Shown in pieces: positions 13,397 to 25,300 of a stretch of 64,000 nucleotides of DNA. The DNA is from Eledone cirrhosa (taxonomy: Eukaryota), in NCBI GenBank assembly GCA_964016885.1, contig OZ024743.1, positions 34,844,001 to 34,908,000 on the forward strand. The letters run 5' to 3'. Each line of letters begins with the position of its first letter. Within the stretch, counting starts at the first letter, position 1. The position numbers were made by a program, and so were the translations under genes. Under the pieces are notes generated by a model, which saw nothing but the letters and a program-made list of their open reading frames with translations, searched no databases and had not been told where the DNA came from.

Positions 13397-16300
13397 TCTA
13401 CATCTGTGTTCTGCACTGGCATGGGTTAGATGTCTTGTCCCCTTCGAAGACTAGACAGGTCAGGTGATCAAGTCTTGCTCATACACCCCAGTTTGTCATG
13501 GTTTCTACAGCTGGATACCCTTCCTGAGGCTAACCGCTTTACAGTGTGTATTGGGTACAATTTATCATGGAAAATAAAATAGATATAAAAGGATAATGAT
13601 GATGATAATATATTTTAAACTTAATTTTCTTGTATTTCCCTTGTTTTGGAATTCAAAACATAAGTTTATTGAATTGTTTATATATATGTATATGAAGGTG
13701 CATATATATATATATGAAGATGCATGGCTTAGTGGTTAGAGTGTTGGGCTTGTAATCATGAGGTTGTGAGTTGAATTTCTAGACCGGATGATGTTGCTCC
13801 AGATTACTCAGCTATAGAAATGAGTTATGACGTCACTGGTCTGAAGTCATATCGGCCATAGCCTTTCCCTTGGACTACATCTGTGGCAGTATAGGTGACT
13901 GCTGGTCTTCCACAAACAAGCCCAGACTTGTGCTTTTGAAGAGAACTTTCTAGGTGCAAATCCCCTGGTTATTCATGACTGAAGGGCGTTTTACCCTTTT
14001 ATATATATCTGAATATACAACAGGCTAGCACAGAGTTTCATTCTACCAAATTTTACAGACAATAGATGACACTTGCTAAAGATGCTATGTAGTGGGATTG
14101 AACTTGAAATCACATGGCTGTGAAACAATCTCTTTAACCACACAGCCATGCCTGTACCTATATATATTCTTTCAGATATACTGTTAATATAATTTACATA
14201 TTATATACATATATCAATGTTTAAGAAGAGATGGGCCCTGCCAAGCATTTCTTAGGACAATGAAATGCCATGATGGATACACAGTCAAACGTCTACACTA
14301 ACAGAAGGAATATGATTAATTGAAGATATACATAATTGAGGGGGAAAAGATTAGTCAATAATATCGACCACTATCTTATTTGCCCTGAAAGGATGATTGG
14401 TAAAGTCAACCATGCAGGATTTCAACTTAGAACATAAAGGGAAGTAACTAAATACCATCAGAATAAATAATAAAAATCAACTTACCCATTAAAGCTTCAA
14501 AACAGTTGGCCATAGCATGCTTGAGGTCTGATTCGTAACATAGGTCAGGGCCATGAGCGTAGAGCATAAAGTCCTGCAGGTGGAGTTTCTACAAAACACA
14601 TGATTAGGTAACTTCCCTTGAGTAATCTTCATACACATCATCATCATCACTAATATGTAACATCATAGACATCAGTCATTTTCATCACTATCATCATCTT
14701 CACTATTATTATCATCTCTACAAATAACTAGTTCTGCCCTCTGTTAAAGCTGGGCGTGAAAATCGGATTACCTTCCGAACACGCCCAGGCCTACCACCCC
14801 ATGTACGTCCAAAGCTCCGTGCTGCAGCTTCCCTGAATCGGAACTCAGCACAGCATGAAAGTTTTAGTCTGCGTGATGATGAGCAGATCTGGAGATTTGT
14901 TAAGGCTGGTGAAACGTGGAAGAGAGATACCAGCTTGTCTGAGTGTGATCTACCCACAATAACTGGCAATGAAAAAACTGCTACAACTCTGGGAAACTAA
15001 ACCAGAACAACCTGCCACCCTCTACACACCATCATAAACTGCGAGCAGGGTACAAATTGTTGTCCTTAAATGCTCGCAGTTTATGCAACAAGATACATCT
15101 GTTTGAATCCTACGTCAGAAGCATCGACCCTGACTTCATCACAGTCACAGAAACATCCTTACTCTGTGATGGGATTTTCAGCATTACTGGGTACAACCTT
15201 TTCCGCAAGGACCGCATTAATCGCCGTGGTGGTGGTGTGATGGTCTACGTTCGTTCAAATTTTCGGTAATTCCTTGCGTTGATTTGAACGAATCACAGGA
15301 AGAAGTTTTTTTCTGTGACATACGTATGACCATGTCAACACTTCTGCTTGGTGTTGTTTATCGCCCCGCAAACTACCATCACGACACACAGCTTTGCGAT
15401 ATCCTCAGAGTTGCTGCCAAGAAAACAGCCACTTATGTGTTTATTGCAGGTGACTTCAATCATCCTAAGATCGATTGGGAAACCTTTCGTTGGCCACAAG
15501 GTGCAAACGATTTCCTTGAACTAGTGCTGGACTCAAACTGGTCACAAGTAGTCACCTCTCCAACAAGAGGTGACAACACTTTGGACCTGATCTTCACCAC
15601 TACTCCTGAAGTGGTTATCAGTTGTACTACTGAGGAACCTCTAGGCGACTCTGATCATGCTATGATCATTGCCAATCTGGCACTTGAGGGCAGCAACAAA
15701 AATCAGAGCCATCTCCAATCTGCTTGCTTTGATTGGAAGAGGGCAGATTGGAACTTGTACTGCACTGAGCTACACCGCCCAAACTGGCATGAGATGTATA
15801 ACTCTGGAGATGTGAACACTATACTCCAGAGCATCCTGGACTCAATATGGATAGCGTGTGCAGCATCGGTGCCACGTAAGCAGAAAAAAAACCACCCCAA
15901 AAGTGCAATTTGGGAAACTTCAGCGGTCCGACTTGCCAGGAAAGAATGTCGGAACGCTGAACGGGAATATAAACTGCATAAATCAGATGCCAACAGAAAA
16001 AAGCGGAATAAATCTTCTAACCATCTCAAGCAAGTGACAAAGAAGGCAGTGCTTGAATTTGAACAGTGCATAGCAACCAATCCTGACAGTAAGGTGTTCT
16101 GGAAATATGTTCATTCAAAGCAGAGACCTCACTCTCCAGTTGGTCCTCTTCGCAATCCCCACACAAGCCAGATCACTGACGATCCCAAAGAATGCGCAGA
16201 ACTCATTGCTGAGTGCTATGCAAGTATTTTTACTGTTGAAAACCAGAATGTACCATCTCCACCATCTCTAACATCAAATTCCATAACTATGGAATTTACA

Positions 16301-19300
16301 CCTGCAATGTTGCGACGTCACCTTAAGAATAAGCGCAACTATGCCTCCCCTGGTCTTGATGGTGTTACATACCTGCTTCTCAAACGTGGCGGGTATTTCC
16401 TTTTGCGCCAGCTTTCTTTCTTCTTTCAATACTGTCTCAACAATGGTGCTACTCCGGAGCAGTGGAAAACTGCCAGTGTCATTCCCCTGTTCAAAAAGGG
16501 CAATCGCATGTCACCTGTCAACTATCGTCCAGTCAGTCTTACTAGCTGTACGGCCAAACTGATGGCCGAAAAGAAGTAGTCACGGTTCTAGGACAGCATT
16601 CTTCACCATATGAGATGTCATCTGGTGTACCACAGGGATCTGTTCTTGGTACCCTTTTGTTTGTGGCATATATTAATGACATAGATGCCAACTTACAGAA
16701 TGCCACGATACTGAAATATGCAGATGACATCAAGCTGTACCTTGAAATCAAAAGGACTGATCCTGAAATCTACAACTCTTTCCTACAATGCAGCAATGGA
16801 TCACAGACTGGCAACTGAAGCTGGCTGTGGACAAGTGTACCACCATGCATTTTGGGAGGAAAAATCCAGCGTCCACATACTCCCTCCACAACACTGATAT
16901 CAAGAAGTCCTCTTGTGAACGTGACCTGGGCATTACTGTCAGCAGCGATTTGCGTTGGACAAAGCATGTCTCTAAGATTGTCAAAAAGGCCGAGGGTGTC
17001 TTGGCATCACTCAGCAAGACCTTTGTTAGCCGCTCTCCAGCCATCTATTTAAAACTGTATACAGCTATGGTATGACCACACTTGGAATTCGCATCATCAG
17101 TCTGGAACCCCTATCTTGCTCAGAACATTGACCTCCTGGAAACTGTTCAGAGACATGCAACCAAGCGCATACCCTCCATCAGACACCTACCATACTCTGA
17201 ACGCCTTGCTTCCCTGGGCATGGATTCATTGAAGCTCCGACGTCTGGCAATGGACTTGGTGAATACCCACAAAGTTATTAACCATCTCGCCAATTGCAAC
17301 CCTGAGCACCTTTTTGATCTCCATGTGTCTAACACACGTGGACATGCCTACAAAATCAGAAAACAGCACAGCTCCCATGACTTTCGTAGACATTTTTTCA
17401 CGCTCAGAGTTTCTGAAGCATGGAACAAACTGCCCACGTCAGTTGTTAGCTGCCGAGACACTGCATCCTTTAAGACACTCATGCTTCCCGAAATACACCA
17501 AAACTACACCTGATGTACCCCTTCCATACACATGCACACGTGTGTATCATGACTCGTGCACTGTTCATTTTCCTGATGTTTGTGCATTGCCCTATGTACT
17601 GTACATGCACTTTTTGATGAGTTGTGGTGCACCTGGGCACTGTACACAATATTTCATTGTTATTATTATTATTATTATATCATGACTCATACACTGTTCA
17701 TTTTCCTGACATTTGTACATTATTCTATGTACTATACATGCACCTTTGATGAGTTGTAGTGCACCTGAGCACTGTACACAATAATTTCATTATTATTATT
17801 TTAATAGTGTAATCATCACCAGCATCATCATCCTCATCTGTTATTTCTATCATCATTGACATAAGCTATAAACAAGCAATCTACCAGAATGTCACAAGAG
17901 CATAATTTGGCCTCTCACATATATTCGTTTTCCCCTTCACTAAACTTCTTTTGGGGAGGCATGAAACTCACTTCCCATATTTATCTGCCTTGAAGTAAAT
18001 AACCGTTGTCATCCTTTAATGAATACTACTGATTATAACTAATTGGGAGCAGTGGTGGTGCTAATGATTGCAAAACATGGACAATTAGAGTGATGGATTT
18101 ATAGCAGCTGGTCATTTTTGACCACTTTTGCCTTTGCAGAACCTTCCATGATCACACATTGGATTTTGTGCCAAACAACAAAATTTATCATTGCTACTGT
18201 TGGCTTGGTTACACTCTCTGCTTCCCGCATTTAAAATAATAATAATAATGGTTTCGGATTTAGGCACAAGGCCAGCAATTTGGGAGGAGGGGAAAGTTGA
18301 TTAAATCTATCCCAGTACATGACTAATAAGTTGTGTACAGTGCTCAGGTGAATTCAACTGTGGTGCAGTCACGCCAGAGCCCCTCTCAAGATGGTGAGGT
18401 GAAGAGCTGAAAAAATGGATTTACATGGTCAAGTCAGATCCTGGGTTAATATCTAGTCATATCTGCTGTTGAAATTGTGATTGGTTAATGATATCTACAT
18501 CACACCTCTGTCATTACTGTGCATGGGCAATATCTGTTCACAATGCCATGAATACATTGATTAGAGTCAGCTCAACCCATCCTTAATGAATGTTGACACA
18601 AATAATGGTGGTAATGGCAATGCCATGTAGTAGTGGTAATGGTGGTAGTAGTGGTAATGGTGGTGGTAGTGGTAATGGTAGTACCATGTAGTAGTGGTAA
18701 TGGTGGTAGTAGTGGTAATGGTAGTACCATGTAGTAGTGGTAATGGTGGTGGTAGTGGTAATGGTAGTACCATGTAGTAGTGGTAATGGTAGTACCATAT
18801 AGTAGTGGTAATGGTAGTACCATATAGTAGTGGTAATGGTGGTAGTAGTGGTAATGGTAGTACCATGTAGTAGTGGTAATGGTAGTACCATATAGTAGTG
18901 GTAATGGTAGTACCATATAGTAGTGGTAATGGTGGTACCATGTAGTAGTGGTAATGGTGGTAGTAGTGGTAATGGTAGTACCATGTAGTAGTGGTAATGG
19001 TGATAGTACCATGTAGTAGTGGTAATGGTGGTAGTAGTGGTAATGGTGGTAGTAGTGGTAATGGTGGTAGTAGCGGTAATGGTAGTAGTAGTGGTAATGG
19101 TAGTACCATGTAGTAGTGGTAATGGTAGTAGTAGGTAGTAGTGGTAATGGTAGTACCATGTAGTAGTGGTAATGGTAGTAGTAGTGGTAATGGTAGTACC
19201 ATGTAGTAGTGGTAATGGTGTTAATAGGTAGTAGTGGTAATGGTGGTAGTAGGTAGTAGTGGTAATGGTGGTAGTAGATAGTAGTGGTAATGGTGGTAGT

Positions 19301-22300
19301 AGGTAGTAGTGGTAATGGTGGTAGTAGATAGTAGTGGTAATGGTGGTAGTAGGTAGTAGTGGTAATGGTGGTAGTAGGTAGTAGTGGTAATGGTGGTAGT
19401 AGGTAGTAGTGGTAATGGTGGTAGTAGGTAGTAGTGGTAATGGTGGTAGTAGGTAGTAGTGGTAATGGTGGTAGTAGGTAGTAGTGGTAATGGTGGTAGT
19501 AGGTAGTAGTGGTAATGGTGGTAGTAGGTAGTAGTGGTAATGGTGGTAGTAGATAGTAGTGGTAATGGTGGTAGTAGGTAGTAGTGGTAATGGTGGTAGT
19601 AGGTAGTAGTGGTAATGGTGGTAGTAGGTAGTAGTGGTAATGGTGGTAGTAGGTAGTAGTGGTAATGGTGGTAGTAGGTAGTAGTGGTAATGGTGGTAGT
19701 AGGTAGTAGTGGTAATGGTGGTAGTAGGTAGTAGTGGTAATGGTGGTAGTAGGTAGTAGTGGTAATGGTGGTAGTAGGTAGTAGTGGTAATGGTGGTAGT
19801 AGGTAGTAGTGGTAATGGTGGTAGTAGGTAGTAGTGGTAATGGTGGTAGTAGGTAGTAGTGGTAATGGTGGTAGTAGGTAGTAGTGGTAATGGTGGTAGT
19901 AGGTAGTAGTGGTAATGGTGGTAGTAGGTAGTAGTGGTAATGGTGGTAGTAGGTAGTAGTGGTAATGGTGGTAGTAGGTAGTAGTGGTAATGGTGGTAGT
20001 AGGTAGTAGTGGTAATGGTGGTAGTAGGTAGTAGTGGTAATGGTGGTAGTAGGTAGTAGTGGTAATGGTGGTAGTAGGTAGTAGTGGTAATGGTGGTAGT
20101 AGATAGTAGTAGTAATGGTGGTAGTAGGTAGTAGTGGTAATGGTGGTAGTAGGTAGTAGTGGTAATGGTGGTAGTAGTGGTAATGGTGGTAGTAGGTAGT
20201 AGTGGTAATGGTGGTAGTAGGTAGTAGTGGTAATGGTGGTAGTAGATAGTAGTGGTAATGGTGGTAGTAGGTAGTAGTGGTAATGGTGGTAGTAGGTAGT
20301 AGTGGTAATGGTGGTAGTAGGTAGTAGTGGTAATGGTGGTAGTAGATAGTAGTAGTAATGGTGGTAGTAGGTAGTAGTGGTAATGGTGGTAGTAGTGGTA
20401 ATGGTGGTAGTAGGTAGTAGTGGTAATGGTGGTAGTAGGTAGTAGTGGTAATGGTGGTAGTAGATAGTAGTGGTAATGGTGGTAGTAGGTAGTAGTGGTA
20501 ATGGTGGTAGTAGGTAGTAGTGGTAATGGTGGTAGTAGGTAGTAGTGGTAATGGTGGTAGTAGGTAGTAGTGGTAATGGTGGTAGTAGGTAGTAGTGGTA
20601 ATGGTGGTAGTAGATAGTAGTGGTAATGGTGGTAGTAGGTAGTAGTGGTAATGGTGGTAGTAGGTAGTAGTGGTAATGGTGGTAGTAGGTAGTAGTGGTA
20701 ATGGTGGTAGTAGGTAGTAGTGGTAATGGTGGTAGTAGGTAGTAGTGGTAATGGTGGTAGTAGGTAGTAGTGGTAATGGTGGTAGTAGGTAGTAGTGGTA
20801 ATGGTGGTAGTAGATAGTAGTAGTAATGGTGGTAGTAGGTAGTAGTGGTAATGGTGGTAGTAGGTAGTAGTGGTAATGGTGGTAGTAGATAGTAGTGGTA
20901 ATGGTGGTAGTAGTGGTAATGGTGGTAGTAGATAGTAGTGGTAATGGTGGTAGTAGGTAGTAGTGGTAATGGTGGTAGTAGGTAGTAGTGGTAATGGTGG
21001 TAGTAGGTAGTAGTGGTAATGGTGGTAGTAGATAGTAGTGGTAATGGTGGTAGTAGATAGTAGTGGTAATGGTGGTAGTAGATAGTAGTGGTAATGGTGG
21101 TAGTAGGTAGTAGTGGTAATGGTGGTAGTAGATAGTAGTGGTAATGGTGGTAGTAGTGGTAATGGTGGTAGTAGATAGTAGTGGTAATGGTGGTAGTAGG
21201 TAGTAGTGGTAATGGTGGTAGTAGGTAGTAGTGGTAATGGTGGTAGTAGGTAGTAGTGGTAATGGTGGTAGTAGGTAGTAGTGGTAATGGTGGTAGTAGA
21301 TAGTAGTGGTAATGGTGGTAGTAGATAGTAGTGGTAATGGTGGTAGTAGATAGTAGTGGTAATGGTGGTAGTAGGTAGTAGTGGTAATGGTGGTAGTAGA
21401 TAGTAGTGGTAATGGTAGTACCAGGTAGTAGTGGTAATGGTGGTAGTAGGTAGTAGTGGTAATGGTGGTAGTAGGTAGTAGTGGTAATGGTGGTAGTAGA
21501 TAGTAGTGGTAATGGTGGTAGTAGGTAGTAGTGGTAATGGTGGTAGTAGGTAGTAGTGGTAATGGTGGTAGTAGGTAGTAGTGGTAATGGTGGTAGTAGG
21601 TAGTAGTGGTAATGGTGGTAGTAGGTAGTAGTGGTAATGGTGGTAGTAGGTAGTAGTGGTAATGGTGGTAGTAGTGGTAATGGTGGTAGTAGGTAGTAGT
21701 GGTAATGGTGGTAGTAGGTAGTAGTGGTAATGGTGGTAGTAGATAGTAGTGGTAATGGTGGTAGTAGGTAGTAGTGGTAATGGTGGTAGTAGATAGTAGT
21801 GGTAATGGTGGTAGTAGGTAGTAGTGGTAATGGTGGTAGTAGGTAGTAGTGGTAATGGTGGTAGTAGGTAGTAGTGGTAATGGTGGTAGTAGGTAGTAGT
21901 GGTAATGGTGGTAGTAGATAGTAGTGGTAATGGTGGTAGTAGATAGTAGTGGTAATGGTGGTAGTAGGTAGTAGTGGTAATGGTGGTAGTAGTGGTAATG
22001 GTGGTAGTAGATAGTAGTGGTAATGGTGGTAGTAGGTAGTAGTGGTAATGGTGGTAGTAGTGGTAATGGTGGTAGTAGGTAGTAGTGGTAATGGTGGTAG
22101 TAGGTAGTAGTGGTAATGGTGGTAGTAGGTAGTAGTGGTAATGGTGGTAGTAGGTAGTAGTGGTAATGGTGGTAATGGTGGTAGTAGTGGTAATGGTGGT
22201 AGTAGGTAGTAGTGGTAATGGTGGTAGTAGGTAGTAGTGGTAATGGTGGTAGTAGTGGTAATGGTGGTAGTAGGTAGTAGTGGTAATGGTGGTAGTAGGT

Positions 22301-25300
22301 AGTAGTGGTAATGGTGGTAGTAGGTAGTAGTGGTAATGGTGGTAGTAGGTAGTAGTGGTAATGGTGGTAATGGTGGTAGTAGTGGTAATGGTGGTAGTAG
22401 GTAGTAGTGGTAATGGTGGTAGTAGGTAGTAGTGGTAATGGTGGTAGTAGATAGTAGTGGTAATGGTGGTAGTAGGTAGTAGTGGTAATGGTGGTAGTAG
22501 GTAGTAGTGGTAATGGTGGTAGTAGGTAGTAGTGGTAATGGTGGTAGTAGGTAGTAGTGGTAATGGTGGTAGTAGATAGTAGTAGTAATGGTGGTAGTAG
22601 TGGTAATGGTGGTAGTAGGTAGTAGTGGTAATGGTGGTAGTAGGTAGTAGTGGTAATGGTGGTAGTAGGTAGTAGTGGTAATGGTGGTAGTAGGTAGTAG
22701 TGGTAATGGTGGTAGTAGATAGTAGTAGTAATGGTGGTAGTAGTGGTAATGGTGGTAGTAGGTAGTAGTGGTAATGGTGGTAGTAGGTAGTAGTGGTAAT
22801 GGTGGTAGTAGATAGTAGTAGTAATGGTGGTAGTAGTGGTAATGGTGGTAGTAGGTAGTAGTGGTAATGGTGGTAGTAGATAGTAGTAGTAATGGTGGTA
22901 GTAGTGGTAATGGTGGTAGTAGGTAGTAGTGGTAATGGTGGTAGTAGGTAGTAGTGGTAATGGTGGTAGTAGATAGTAGTGGTAATGGTGGTAGTAGGTA
23001 GTAGTGGTAATGGTGGTAGTAGGTAGTAGTGGTAATGGTGGTAGTAGGTAGTAGTGGTAATGGTGGTAGTAGGTAGTAGTGGTAATGGTGGTACCAGGTA
23101 GTAGTGGTAATGGTGGTAGTAGGTAGTAGTGGTAATGGTGGTAGTAGGTAGTAGTGGTAATGGTGGTAGTAGGTAGTAGTGGTAATGGTGGTAGTAGGTA
23201 GTAGTGGTAATGGTGGTAGTAGATAGTAGTGGTAATGGTGGTAGTAGGTAGTAGTGGTAATGGTGGTAGTAGGTAGTAGTGGTAATGGTGGTAGTAGGTA
23301 GTAGTGGTAATGGTGGTAGTAGGTAGTAGTGGTAATGGTGGTAGTAGTGGTAATGGTGGTAGTAGGTAGTAGTGGTAATGGTGGTAGTAGGTAGTAGTGG
23401 TAATGGTGGTAGTAGTGGTAATGGTGGTAGTAGGTAGTAGTGGTAATGGTGGTAGTAGATAGTAGTGGTAATGGTAGTACCAGGTAGTAGTGGTAATGGT
23501 GGTAGTAGGTAGTAGTGGTAATGGTGGTAGTAGGTAGTAGTGGTAATGGTGGTAGTAGATAGTAGTGGTAATGGTGGTAGTAGATAGTAGTGGTAATGGT
23601 GGTAGTAGATAGTAGTGGTAATGGTGGTAGTAGGTAGTAGTAGTAATGGTGGTAGTAGGTAGTAGTGGTAATGGTGGTAGTAGATAGTAGTAGTAATGGT
23701 GGTAGTAGATAGTAGTGGTAATGGTGGTAGTAGGTAGTAGTAGTAATGGTGGTAGTAGGTAGTAGTGGTAATGGTGGTAGTAGGTAGTAGTGGTAATGGT
23801 GGTAGTAGGTAGTAGTGGTAATGGTGGTAGTAGGTAGTAGTGGTAATGGTGGTAGTAGATAGTAGTGGTAATGGTGGTAGTAGATAGTAGTGGTAATGGT
23901 GGTAGTAGATAGTAGTGGTAATGGTGGTAGTAGGTAGTAGTGGTAATGGTGGTAGTAGATAGTAGTGGTAATGGTGGTAGTAGATAGTAGTGGTAATGGT
24001 GGTAGTAGATAGTAGTGGTAATGGTGGTAGTAGGTAGTAGTGGTAATGGTGGTAGTAGATAGTAGTGGTAATGGTGGTAGTAGGTAGTAGTGGTAATGGT
24101 GGTAGTAGGTAGTAGTGGTAATGGTGGTACCAGGTAGTAGTGGTAATGGTGGTAGTAGGTAGTAGTGGTAATGGTGGTAGTAGATAGTAGTGGTAATGGT
24201 GGTACCAGGTAGTAGTGGTAATGGTGGTAGTAGGTAGTAGTGGTAATGGTGACATGTTACTAAACACTTTAACCCTTTCATGACCATATTTCTAATAAGT
24301 AAACTGCCTGTGTATTTAAATTAATTTTCAATATAACAAAGATCTTTGAGGGGTTTTAGTAAGATACCTATCATCATCATCATTACCATTTTAGGTCCAT
24401 TTTTCCATACTTGCATGGGTTAGATGGGTTGTCATGTTCTAAGCTAGAGGGGTCAAATGTCTGCATCTCATATGTTCCAGTTTGGGCTGGGTTTCTATGG
24501 CTGAATGTCCACCCCAATGCCAACTACTTCATAGCATGTACCAGGCATATTTAGTTGTGACACTGCCACAACTACTGGTATTGGTATATACTATGTTTGT
24601 GATGAAAAATCTCATGTTATTATACAAGCATGGAAAATGGATGTTAAACAATGATGATGATGTTACAATATTTTGATAAAGATTTTAATTAAACCCTTTA
24701 GCATTTAAACTAACCATATCCAGCCAGAATTCTCTCACCTCTTTCTGTTCAAACCAGCTGTAATCAGCTGCTCATACTGATGTTAAAGTATTGTTCTCAA
24801 AATAGATAATAACAAAATCTCATACATTCAACAATGTGAGATATAGTATGTATAGAGTAATGCAAATGCTAAATGGTTAAATATGGAAACTTTTGAACAG
24901 GTGGTCTCAGGCAGGTTGATATTAAAAGGAGTAACTATTCAGACATCAAAATTAAATCAACAAGCTCACAAAAACACTCCTTGCATCACTCATATGACAG
25001 AAATAAATCAATTTAATAGTACCAACTTTTGCCAGAACTGCTAAATGTTGGTTTTGAACTATAGCTGCCCGGTATGTTGTGAGACCACCTTCTTCTAAGC
25101 CTGGAAACATGAAGAATAGGTGGACACTGCAAAAGAATGAAACACAAAAATAAAAATAGAAAGGTATTCAATTGAGTATATAACAAAAAAGTAAGCTTCA
25201 ATGTAGTTTATTGTGAGAATAGATGATTGAGTAAATGAAATACTGGATAACCAGTAGGTTTAGAGTTTGTGTCTTCTCAATAATATTACATTATGTCTGT

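Noticed and set aside
18603-24250. Interstitial telomeric repeat
   Set aside because: G-rich, but contains no TTAGGG or TTAGG units.
18567-24287. 1700-1900 aa Thr/Pro/His/Tyr-rich mucin- or extensin-like ORFs
   Set aside because: The minus strand of the 25-bp repeat has almost no G and no TAA, so it is open in all frames.
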